Source of the DNA: Balanoglossus misakiensis
Taxonomy: Eukaryota; Animalia; Hemichordata
Direction of reading: 5' to 3'
Length of the DNA stretch: 64,000 nucleotides
Assembly: GCA_040954595.2 (NCBI GenBank)
Contig: CM082598.2
Coordinates: 4,851,097 to 4,915,096, forward strand
In this document: piece by piece, positions 1 through 11,779 of the stretch
Layout of the letters: each line of letters starts with the position of its first letter
Position numbering within the stretch: the first letter of the stretch is position 1
Notes under the pieces: model-generated
Databases searched by the model: none
The model's input: the letters and a program-made list of their open reading frames with translations, nothing else
What the model was told of the DNA's origin: nothing
Made by a program: the position numbers and the translations under genes

Positions 1-648
1 ATCGCTGACCGCTGCTTTGCCGTATTAGCGTGGCGGCCTATGGCCGGGCGGTAGCTGCCGTAAACATACTCAGACAGGGGGTGTGCACACAATCGTGTGT
101 ATTTTTAACTAGTTACAACCCCCTTGTCGGACGTTCATAACGGTTTCGATCAAAATTGAGTGTAGTGTCCTATAAAGGCCCATAGCAACGAGCAAAAAGA
201 TCCTAGGGACCCATCTTAAACACACCAATCCAATCGAATATACTGACAAGACTTTTGCGTTTTCCAACACTAGACAAGCAATTCAGAAATGGTGCCGTAA
301 ACCTAGATCTCCCGGATGTTGTTGTCGTGGAAACGAAAAGAAAAAGGACGCCGGGATTGTCCGAATACTCCGAGAGCAGTACGAAGCGTTGGGACCAATC
401 AAGTAAGTATGTTTGCACGTTTGTGCCGTTTAACACGATGGGCCATGTGCCTGTTTGTCCTGTGTCACATGAGAATCATGTTCTCCAATATGAAGTGCTT
501 AGCCACGCGAGATCTCACGGGGTTTTGTGAAGTTCAGAAAAGGGTCAATTTTGTTTCATGTTTCTCAGATAAGTTTTGACTGAAAAGTTGGTGTTCTGAT
601 GAGAATATCAATTTTGCAACTCATTGCCAATGGTATGATTTTACTTAA

Positions 649-832
649 AGGTATACGGTCACCTATGGAAATTCAGCTAGTTACCATGGTAAACTTGAGA
701 TTTAGCCAATCACGTATTTTCAGAAGGTGGCACACGCGAAAAAAAGATCGCCACCATATGTTCTTTAGAACCCTCAAATATGCCATTTCAGCCATACATG
801 GGCGTATGTAAATTGGAGGTGACTGTGTACCT
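649..832. mobile_element. Kolobok/T2-like MITE, copy 1 (TTAA target duplication)
   Basis: TIRs AGGTATACGGTCACCT...AGGTGACTGTGTACCT flanked by TTAA at 645-648 and 833-836. Related copies lie at 10416-10590 and 40170-40354. Confidence 0.8.
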
Positions 833-874
833 TTAAACAAAAGACTATTGCCTTTCTGCATCGTTGCATTTCAG

Positions 875-3390
875 ATGGGCAGAAAAGACCCTCCTCCTTG
901 TGTTTCTGTTCCTAATACTTGTATGGTTTTTCGAAGAACCAAGGTTCATGCCAGGCTGGAGCGATTGGTTTACACCAGGGTAAGTAAGAAGAACATTATT
1001 TGAAGTGACATAGGTGGTTTTAGTGTATAATTAATACATGGAATATGTGTACTCGTACTATTTAAACCCCCAGTAATAAACTGTTAAAGCCCCGGAAATA
1101 TTTGGATTTTTTTTTCAGTTTATTTGTATCAATATATTTTCATCATATATCGTTTTTATACAGTTTTGTTAAATCTAGTACCATCACTTCTGGTGTTGCG
1201 CTTATATGCTTTGCTCTGCCGAGTACGAGACCCTCATTCAATCTAAAAGGTAAGGTACATTAATTTTCTGTAATTATTTTCACAAGAAACATTCTCACAA
1301 CACAACAAAGACAACTGTGAATGGAAAGCAACAGCATTACTGAATAAACGATTTTCTTGTTGCGTTTCATGTAATAAGCACTGAAAATTAAGTTGCAGCA
1401 TACATTCTTAAAGAATTATTATTGAGGCGTCCAGCCCTAAGTTGTTGTTTACTTTTGATTAATGTATAGTCTTTTGAAGGCTGAATGAATGAATATTTTT
1501 ATCTAAACGATAGATGAATGTATAAATGTATTAAGATTACCGAGTTAATACCCCCCCCCCCCCGCGCACATACAAACGCACACCCAAAATTATACATACA
1601 CACATTCCCACCCCAATGCACACATACACACACAAACTCACAAATTTCAACTTGCATTACCAGAGTCAACGCCCTACACTGGATTGATAGATTGGAAGTC
1701 TAGCGAAGCAATGGTTCCCTGGGGAATTCTGATGTATACTGGCTCCTTCTTATCTGCAGTAGAAGCTACAAAGGTAAGATACTCGCCGGATACCCTTTGG
1801 GCTCAATGAAGTCTAATACAATAACATTATATGATATATTTACATAATCGGTGAAAGTAATCATTTTAGTTAAAACAATAAATCAAATAAGTTTATTGTC
1901 ATATTTTTAACAAAGGAAGTACTACAATAGTAAGAGGGGGCTGTTGTTTAATTCGAGGTGATAAAAGAACTTGAAATATCATTAATGGTTGGTACACATT
2001 GTTGTAAATTTCTAGGTGTCTGGACTGGCTGACATGATCGGAGAACAGTTTGAATCCATCAGTTCTCTCCCATACTGGCTGGTTCTGCTTGTAGTAACTG
2101 TGTGCAGTGCGGCACTCACAGAAATCATAAGTGGCTCCGTCATCATGGCAATAACTATACCAATTCTCGGCAGAACAGTGAGTATATATGGATTTCATGG
2201 AGTCGCGAAATCTTCTAAAAAATCGAAATTCCCCTCTTGTGGAGTAATTTTAATTCCCGTGTTAGAACCACCGACACATGAATAAGACAATGAATGAAAA
2301 CTGGAACTGGTGTTCAAGGGAGAAGGTCGCCAAAACTGCGCATATTTTCCTGTTTATAAACACGCTGTCTGTATTGTTCCCATTGTAGCAGTTACACTGC
2401 AGTGTAATACAAAGTAACAAGCACATTGTTTGCTATGATGTACATTGTAGCAGTTACACTACAGTGTAATACAAAGTAACAACCACATCGTTTGCAATGA
2501 CGTACATCGTAGCAGTTACACTACAGTGTAATACAAAGTAACAACTACATTGCTGCAATGATGTACATTGTAGCAGTTACACTACAGTGTAATACAAAGT
2601 AACAACCACATCGTTTGCAATGATGTACATCGTAGTAGTTACACTACAATGTAATACAAAGTAACAATCCCATTGTTTGCAATGGTGTACATTGTAGCAG
2701 TTACACTACAGTGTAATACAAAGTAACAACCGCATTGTTTTCAATGATGTACATTGTAGCAGTTACACTACAGTGTAATACAAAATAACAACCACATCGT
2801 TTGAAATGATGGACATCGTAGCAGTTACACTACAGTGTAACACAAAGTAACAATCACATTGTTTGCAATGATATACGATGTACATTGTAGCTGTTGCACT
2901 TACACTCCAACGTTGACTTGAAAAGTAATAACCATCGGAATGTTTACCCTGCAGGCACTGGAGCAAGACATTCATCCATACTACTTCATCCTGTGTTTGA
3001 CATTGGCCACAAACTTTGCCTTCTGTTTGCCTCCTGGTTCTGTTATCAACGCTCTGATTATATCAAATGGCAGTGTAACCATGTCTCAAATGGTAAGTAT
3101 ATGTACACACACACACATACACACAAACAAACAAACAAACACAATCAGCTCAAACACATACATATCTTTCGATAACTAACACCACCTAACTAACGAAAGT
3201 AATATAATCCCATCTTAAAATTTCATTTTCATCTTTACTATTTTCATCATAGATAAAAGCAGGTGTCATCATGAATATCATCTGTCTTGTGGTGACCAAT
3301 ATATCTATAAATACATACGGATGGTGGTTTTTGCGGCTGGATGACATACCAGACTGGGCATTCGCTGCAAATTTCACATCGGTTAATTGA
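875..3390 (+). CDS. SLC13-family Na+/dicarboxylate or sulfate cotransporter, 3' part (5' exons upstream of the window)
   Basis: In-frame GT-AG exons 875-979, 1164-1249, 1664-1773, 2016-2177, 2955-3092, 3253-3390. They encode WAEKTLLLVFLFLILVWFFEEPRFMPGW...LIDWKSSEAMVPWGIL...SGLADMIG...LTEIISGS...IHPYY...FAFCLPPGSVINA...MIKAGVIMNIICL...IPDWA, which follows the SLC13 C-terminal pattern. Confidence 0.9.
2381..2890. repeat. Intronic minisatellite, 62-bp unit, about 8 copies
   Basis: Unit CATTGTAGCAGTTACACTACAGTGTAATACAAAGTAACAACCACATCGTTTGCAATGATGTA starts at 2381, 2443 and onward. Confidence 0.95.
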
Positions 3391-3688
3391 TCGTGAACTA
3401 CGAAGCGAAGACCATGTTATCGCCAAGAAAGAAGTGAAGTGATATTTTAGAAGGAGCACGCTTCTGTGATTTTGATAGCAAACCTCACGAACACATGCTT
3501 GATGTATTTTTCTTTTTAAAACCCAACATATACACAATCAGGAAAATCACAATATTTTAAATTTTGAGTAGACCACTACCTAAAGTTACTTCATGTTACA
3601 GCTAATGTCCCTTTAAAGGATTGTATGTTGATAATGGTGCCATTAAAAGCAGCTACAGGGAACGCAATTTTATCACAGTTATCCATAA

Positions 3689-4038
3689 AGGGACAAAGTC
3701 TCTCTCTCGCTGCCCTTTTCCCATAAATTATGTTTGATACAAGACACTGTTCATATTATTCTACATGTGAATATATAGTGAAACAACGTTCAACCACACA
3801 CAACTTCCGTCCCACTTGTAGACACGAGAGTGAAAAACTCGCCAAAATGAATAATCGTTCTCTACCATTTATTCATTTTGGGCGAGTTTTTACTCTGATA
3901 TCATAGTACAAGTGGGATGGAAGTTATGTGTGATCGAACGTTCATTCACTGCATATACACATGTACATTAAAGTAAGCACTGTCTTGTGTCAAACATAAT
4001 TAATGGAAAAGGGGCAGCGAGAAAGAGACTGTGTCCCT
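3689..4038. mobile_element. Fold-back (palindromic) MITE with AGGGAC termini, Kolobok-like
   Basis: The ~350 bp element is one imperfect inverted repeat (AGGGACAAAGTCTCTCTCTCGCTGCCC...GGGCAGCGAGAAAGAGACTGTGTCCCT). It is flanked by ATAA (3685-3688) and TTAA (4039-4042). Confidence 0.8.
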
Positions 4039-7000
4039 TTAATGTGACCCTCGGCAAGATGATATCAAATTCACAACCATGTCACAGTTAGATGGTGGGT
4101 ACTTTCCCAGACACGGCAAGGGTTCGAATCCTTTATCGACAAGAAACTCCGACATCTCATCCATCGCGGACTTCGCCGCACATTTCATGGCGTCCGTAAA
4201 CGCGTCGTACGGCGCCTGTCGGTCAGTCGCGTTGCGGTGAAACTTGCCTTCCAGGTTGGCCGCGACACAAGTCGCTCTGTCCTCGTCCATGGTCATGTTT
4301 AAAAACGTCACAATACGACCCACCTCCTTTACAGGATCCTCTCGCATGTCCTCAAAGTGAACCACAAGCTTTGGGACGTGCAATTCAAAGAAACCTTTGT
4401 TGACATTTTCATGGTGCTGGAACTGCTCTTCAACAAACAATTTCCAGTCTGAATGTAAAAGAAAACGGCGAATATTGGCAATAGTTTTACAACAAGCGAG
4501 TAGTCAACTTGCACTATTTCGTATATTTCGTTTACTTATACAATAAGTCACGGTGCAAAAGGGAAAGTCAATAATATAGCTTTTGTAAAAATTTGGCCAA
4601 ACATAAGAAATTGAAAAAAAAACGGAATATAAATGTCCAACATTTCGAATTACTGGACGAAATTGTGTAAAATTTGAAATTCAAAATGGCTGCCAATCTC
4701 TGTGTTAACTCTAAGGAGAAACATGTTTTTTTTTGTAATTTCAAAATATTGGAGAAAGCATATGCTCATACCTCTACTGGTCCGTAGCTCTTTATCCCAT
4801 GATGCAACAGCAGTGTGATCGTTTTTAGCTGTTCCCTTCCGGTTGCGCTCGGCTATGGCGACATCGACCGGGTTGCGCATCAACAGAATGGCGGAAGTAG
4901 CAAACTTGGCTAGCCGAAATGGATTGTGGGTTTTGACGGTTAAGGTGTTGCCAGCCAGTTTGTCCTCGAACTCACCAATGAAGCCTGTGGAATACAAATG
5001 TTACTGTCAGCTTTACGAGTGCTTATGACAAACCCATGCATGCAGGTCATTATTACATATGTACCGTCGATTACTTGCACCGAGCGCGCGCGTAACATCG
5101 GTACTTGCACTCAGTGCAATACCAAAAACATTATGCCATACCTGTATGCAAATGAGTGGCCTGTTCACGAAACAAGCAATATCATTCCGCGGTCTCATTT
5201 CTTTCATTTTCGGTCTTTTTTCAAAATGGGATGAACATATGTAATAGAAACAGAACCCCATGGCTCAATCGTGCAAGCACGGCGTACCGGTAGTATTTGC
5301 ACTCGTGCTGGCAGTGTATTCTTGCTGCCCCCCCCCCCCCCCCCCGCACGAGCTGTCGCTCGTGCGGGGGACGGGCGCAAGAATACACCGCCAGACACTC
5401 GATGCAAATACTACCGTTACGCCGTGCTTGCACGATCGAGCCATGGGGTTCTGTCATATAATATGCTTCTAATTATGTCTAATAAATGATATTTCATGAT
5501 AGTATATCAGTTATTTGTAACAAAATGACCAAAATTAAAGAAAATCGAAAAATCCTGCAATTTTTAAAAAGGTGCAATTTTGCAATGAAAAATGAAAATG
5601 TAATGTCTCAGTGGAGTAAATCTACTTCCATGAGTTCTAGTGGATGAGATTATGCTTTGTTTATGGAGTCTCATAGTGGGAAATGCAACGTTTTCATTGT
5701 TTCTTACATTTTCCCACAGTGGCGGCCATATTCCTTTGCCGGGCTAAGCTGATGGCTGTGACGTTAATACAACACGGCTGGGTATTTGGCTGTATCATAA
5801 ATCATCAAAACTAATATTTTTCAGCAAAACAAAAACATTTGATCTTTCTGCCCTCATATGGGCTGTCACCAACGCTATTATGCGAAAGACCCTTAAAAGC
5901 TTAACAATGTGATGTTTTTTTTTATTATCATAATATAATTTGAATCGAGTATATGCGCCCACTGAACTGAGTTTTGGCAGTAAGTGTTTAAAATCGCACT
6001 GTATTAGCACTCACCACATGTGAATTAACACGATTTGAGTTATCTGGGGACATTGCCATGCAGATAAAATGAGCGAAAAGCTCAGCATAGTACATGTACC
6101 ACACACTCGATGAAAAAAAAAACGTTTTCTTCTGTAAAACAATGGAAAAAAACGTTGCTTATATGCACAGATCTTATTGGTATGCAGTTTCCCCCCAAAA
6201 GTTGAAATCATTCGAAATCGGTATGTACTTACCCCCTTCATATAATTTTTTATCAGTGAACACAGAACCAGTGTAAATGCCAGTGGCTTGTTCTATAAGG
6301 TGGCGGGTCCAGGTGTTTCCTGAACCAGGTGCGCTGATCAGCGCCACAACTGGGAAAGTACCATTAGCGGCCAGTCGGACGGTGCAATTAACCTTCCTTG
6401 CATTGTTGCTTTCTGAAAATTAAACGAATTTGTTTCATGAGACGCCATTCTGCTATGCTGTTAAAATTTGTTACGGAACAATCGCGCCATTTTCCTTCCC
6501 TTGTCTACATGAAATTCATTTTTCTACATGGACTTCAAGTTTGCTATATCAGTCTTTTTCCTACATCAAATTCATTTTTACCTATAACAAAAAACACTGG
6601 CTGCACAGATAAAAGGTAACATATACATGTACATGCAGTTCTGAACACAAACTAAAATCAGAATGATCGCGTGTGGAACGAAATGTGAGTATTACCAGAA
6701 ATGTTTAATTAACACTCAGAGAATTAACGATTCTGAAGACAATTCAATTTTAGAATTACCGAAATCATTGCATTTTACGGCATAGTGAAAAGTTTGTGAT
6801 CATTTCATCAGTTTTGTGACTCGCACTAAATCACATAAAAACAGCAGATCCCAACTTGAATAACACCAGGGAAATATATTAATGATGCTTGAATGAAGTA
6901 AATATCAAAAAATAATATTTATCTAATAACAGTTGTTCACTGCTTGCGCAATTCTACATTATGAAATAGTCATGAGATGAAACAGATAGTCCGTGATATG

Positions 7001-7232
7001 ATATTGCCAGGATGGTGTATAGGGATAACTTTCATCGGCGCCGAGTGAACGTGGTCTTACCTTGCCGCCCGCGCCTGTCGTCGCTTCTTGATTGGTCCTG
7101 AGCGCCTTCTGTCCTGACGCGTGCAAGTTTATTCACTGGCCGTTCCTCGTCGGCACTTTCAAAGATTTTCGACGACACGAGCATGAGAAGGACACCTAGG
7201 GCAACGCCAAAAATGACATTACGTTTAGCCAT
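4039..7232 (-). CDS. WSCD-family (sialate O-sulfotransferase-like) type II membrane sulfotransferase lacking WSC domains
   Basis: Exons 7232-7061, 6412-6233, 4984-4772, 4448-4039. N-terminal TM anchor, PAPS-binding [27 protein letters not shown], then [32 protein letters not shown] and C....EGKFHR motifs. Confidence 0.9.
5250..5454. mobile_element. Palindromic MITE-like element in a sulfotransferase intron
   Basis: Near-perfect ~200 bp inverted repeat ACAGAACCCCATGGCTCAATCGTGCAAGCACGGCGTA...TACGCCGTGCTTGCACGATCGAGCCATGGGGTTCTGT. Confidence 0.75.
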
Positions 7233-8489
7233 TCTGAAAGTTCAGACACAAGTGGAATATAATGCAAATTTTTAAAAAGTAGTTCCGGCAATGTATTGTT
7301 AAGTGGCGTGTAGGGATATCGTGTACAGTGGAGTATATTTAAATGTTAAAATGTAGTTCCGACTACATGCGTGTAGGCCTCCGGTGTACAGCCTGAGTCT
7401 TCTAAGGTGAGAATCATTGAACATCGGGAGGTGGGTGACAAAAAAAGGTTGCCAGCCAGCCATATATAAACTGATAAATAAATAGCAGAAAGGTTGCTAA
7501 ATAACATTTAATAGCAGAAACATTTCTGTTTACAAATGCAATGCCCCTGATACGACAAAGCTTAACTTTAACATATATCTAAATGACAATGTGTATCATA
7601 ACCCTTCCAAAATACCGTACATGGCATCATTTTGTGATATATGACATTGCCATTTCAATCTACAAAGACCAGAGTAAACTTCGACCATTTAACAAGCTGT
7701 CGCCTGCTGGCCTGGTCGCGACAGCTGGTCGTTAATTGTGTGTCGCAGACTTCAAAACGAAAAGCAGCATAACTATGAGCTGCCACCTGAATACACGTTG
7801 AGAGATTACCAGCGACACGTGACGTGACGTGGTAAAATATCCCCAACTCATGTGAAATATTATCATCATTCATCATGCAATATATCGCTCTCGATCCGCT
7901 TAAATCGATTTATCATCTTTCAAAATAAGCAGGATCATCTTTAATCAATTTTGGGGGCATTTCGTGAAAATGGAAACATCAACCAATGTCAGCAACAGCT
8001 TCACATGTAAGGATTACACGCAATGTGATAACCATGCACAGCATCTGGGCAGTCTACTAGCCACACCAGGCGTGGTCTTTTGAAATGGAAATGACATAAC
8101 TGTATGTACATGGATTTTGGCAGGCGTGTGGCATTGGGTACAACAGCATATTGTTGTGACAGAAAAAAACAACAAAGTAAAGCTGAGAAAGATCGGTCAT
8201 ATTAATGCCAGCACGCGTTTCGTCGGGTAAGTGGTTGTTATTTCATGAAAATGTGCAAATATGAGGTGCACATTACAATGTACATGTAGTAGACGGGTTC
8301 TTGAAGAAAGTAGTTGGGAGATAAATGACTGGTATGTGTAATAATGATTACTTTATTCCTGGGAATATACAAATCTACGTAATTCTATGACTACATGGGG
8401 AGACCAAATTAATGTATGTAAAAATTCTCTACTAATAACAGATGGTCGTGACTATGGCTTCAACTTACACCAATCAATGTACACGCCCT

Positions 8490-10134
8490 CTACTCGGCTG
8501 GTTTGTGGACAACGATATCTATTCTGGTCGACGTGACCAGCATATCGCCCTCACGTTCAAACGACTCTTTCTTGATGAACTCGACCACCTCCTGCACCAG
8601 TTCATCCGGGGCACTCTGCCGGAAGTGGTACGCTTGTAGCATGAAGTCAAACATCATGTCAGCCTCTTCCGTCCAAGTATCAGCCAACAATAGAGATACG
8701 TCTATGCATGTTGGCCTGGGCCTATAATCTACCGACCAGTTTTTAGTTTGCAGGGCTTCCTTGATGTCCTTTGAGTTTCGAACTGAGGCCGGGTGGACTT
8801 TGAGTTTGCCAGATACGTATTCATAATTTATCCGTCCCACGGTACCTGGGGGAGAGAAATTTCAAAAGAGACAACATTATGAAGAGGATCAATAAAGGGA
8901 AATATAAAGATGAAACTTTTGGTTATTTTTAAAGTACTTTTGTTGTGTGTATCAGCTATATTATGCAACCAGATACATATAGGCTGTTGACTCACATACA
9001 GACAACTTATCAATGAGTAAAATAATGGAGTCTCTGTTGTTTTGGTCTGTGTAAAGCAGAGACACATTACTACCACGGGACTTTGTGATGCTAATAAATT
9101 GTCTGTAATGGTTTTGCAACCAGATACATGTAGGCTGTTGACTCCTATACAAACAACTTGTAGCTACACTTTGATGTCTCTGTTGTTTTGGTCTGGGAAT
9201 ACAATCTGGGGCTCCTTTCTTTTGGTCCAACTGTATGAACATATTATGAATGTGCACTTAACATAACGTGTTTGAAACAGAAAAAAATGCAATTTCTTTT
9301 ATACTTACTCTCTGCATCCATAATAGTTACACCAATGACACCACCCTTCTTCAATGAGTTGTACAATGCCTGGAGTGTCGAACTGACGTCAGGAACATAG
9401 TAGAGACAGTGGATGCAGACGATGCAATGGTAATTCTCAGTGGCAGTTTTTGAAGAGTCTCTGTCTTGCAGGAAAGCCTGCAGTGTCTGGATGCTGAAGT
9501 CGACACTGAGACCGGGATGAGTTTGTTTCAGTGCTGACAGTTTGTCTCCAAAACTACTGGAGGCTTGTTCATCTGGCTCGACTACCCTGGCGTGTATTTG
9601 GGGGTGACGCCTAAGCATTTCTTCCAGAATCTGTGCCTCCAATGCACCTAGATGTAGTAGAGCAGAAGATAGAAGATGGAATCTTAATTCTTCAAATCAC
9701 TATAGTCTGGAATCATATTTGAAAATTTGATCTCGGGCATATTCCACTAGTGTCGTTTGCCGCCTATTATTCCTTAGAATAAGACATCAAACCAGGTCAA
9801 AAAATCAATATCATTCAGGGTAAGCTGATTATACCAGGTCCCAGAAAGTAATGAGAAAAATGACGTTATGCCATGGCGAGGAGCGGAACGAAATCGAGAC
9901 TATGAACATACGCCACCACTGTCAATAGAAAAAAATGTCTCTTTGGCACCTACCTTCCCCTGGCCCAACTATTAGAACTTCAATTTTATCATCTCTTGGA
10001 TCGACGGCAAACATTTCGCTGACGTCATGCCAAAACTTCATTTCCAATTTCGCATCAAAGAGTAGTTTTCCCTTATAGAAGGACCATACTTTCTGATAAT
10101 AATCAGAGTCACTTGTGATTGGACGTACTTCCAT
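8490..10134 (-). CDS. Histamine N-methyltransferase-like class I SAM methyltransferase
   Basis: Exons 10134-9954, 9647-9309, 8845-8490. Motifs IEVLIVGPGEGALE, VVEP, YHCIVCIHCLYYVPD, LKKGG and C-terminal IDVS...EEADMMFDF...F are typical of HNMT-like proteins. Confidence 0.85.
8963..9194. repeat. Local ~80-bp direct duplication in an HNMT-like intron
   Basis: TGCAACCAGATACAT.TAGGCTGTTGACTC...GTCTCTGTTGTTTTGGTCTG occurs at ~8963-9048 and ~9115-9195. Confidence 0.7.
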
Positions 10135-10415
10135 ATTCAGAAACGTTTACCTAAAATGAAAATATATGTTAGCATATTCACTAAATGCTACGAATTTTGA
10201 TAATCTAGAAGCTTCAAAGGGTGTCTATGGCCATTTAGTGGCTTTGCAGTATATGTCTGAAAAATGACCTTGAAATGGCCTTTTTATCACAAACCACACC
10301 CATGTTTGACAATACCGAACAAAAAGAATAGCTTGTCCTAGTATCCCCCCCCCCCCCATCGACGTTGACAAAACTTGATTGTTGTGCGGACGCAGATGAT
10401 AATGAATAATGTTAA

Positions 10416-10590
10416 AGGTATACGGTCACCTCCAATTTACATATCGCCATTATATAGTTGAAATGGCGTATTTGAGTGTTCTAAAGAACGCTTTATTTTC
10501 GCGTGTGCCACCCACTGAAAATCTGTGATTGGTTAGATCTCAATTTACCATGGTAACTGTGGCTAAATTTGTATAGGTGACCGTATACCT
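10416..10590. mobile_element. Kolobok/T2-like MITE, copy 2 (opposite orientation)
   Basis: TTAA-AGGTATACGGTCACCT...AGGTGACCGTATACCT-TTAA. The interior is the reverse complement of 649-832. Confidence 0.85.
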
Positions 10591-11779
10591 TTAAGATGTA
10601 TATTCATGCGGGGTCGTGTTGGATGCAATGACCGTCACGCGAGTACGACTCGGCATTTAATGCATATTCAGGAGATTGCCGCGTAATGAAGACATTATCC
10701 GCTCGATGCGAGCCATGTGAAAGATTGAATGTGTTACTTACCCGTGGAGATCGGCTCACTACTTGTAATTGTGATCTTCGATTTTGTGACCGTACTTTCT
10801 TCACTAGGCTACTACTGTATTTAGTGTAAAATGGTGGCGTCATACCGAACACTGCACTGCACGGTCAGGCATGCGCAGTTGCCGTAACCCGAGGACATTT
10901 GAAACGAACGACGCCGCCATATTGCATGCTATTCGAATTTTGTAATTCTGCGAACCTTTGTGGGATTAGAAATACCGAAACTTATTTGTCAAAATGTTAC
11001 AGCTAATTTACATTTAAAGTTTCAAATGAACTATAGGAAACATGTAGGCCAGAATACAGTATGTTGTTGATAATATTCGAAAGATTAGGGTGTTATTATA
11101 TGGTTAATGAATCAGCAATGTATTTTTGTTGAGTTGGCGTGTCTTGTTTATTTTTAATTTTTCCACTTTAAAACAAATTGCAATTCCCAACATGGATCTT
11201 TGTTCACTGACAGATCATGCTTAGCAAAGCAGTCTTTGCGTTTGATATATTGTCTAACGTACACGAAGCAGAACGTCGTACCTTGACACGGTTCAGCGCG
11301 GGCATTCTTGCAGTAACCGACCATTTAAAATGGGCGAAGGGTCCATTTTTGTTCGCGTGAAATGCCTAAGTCAACATGGCAACATCTATGGGAAAGGTTC
11401 AATGTCTAAATACCAAATAAATTCCATCTTTGGACTAAATGTGTCAATATGACAAGAGGGCGACTAGCGAAATTGGAATGTAGCAAAATTTGGCATTCTG
11501 TATCATTATTTGCTTTATAATCATTTAAAAATTATTCCATGCCATTTAAGATATCAATTATACCAGTCTGTATACAGTGTTGGGAGAGGAACATCAATAA
11601 CCTTATTAGATATGGCAAATGCTCTAGGTGACGGCTATCCGATGGGACTCCCAGCGGGAAATTTTGCAAAGGCATATAAGGATGCTTTTCTCACTGCATC
11701 AAAGCACGGACAAATTTTTACACACGGCGAGAGAAAAACTGCGGATCGTGCTTAGTGATATCCGAAGAAATTGGTGAAG

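Noticed and set aside
2381-2890. Regularly spaced palindromic repeats resembling a CRISPR array
   Set aside because: The units are contiguous with no unique spacers, lie in a eukaryotic intron, and no cas genes are present.
4121-4131. GGTTCGAATCC tRNA T-loop/B-box motif
   Set aside because: It lies inside a sulfotransferase coding exon and no cloverleaf is apparent.
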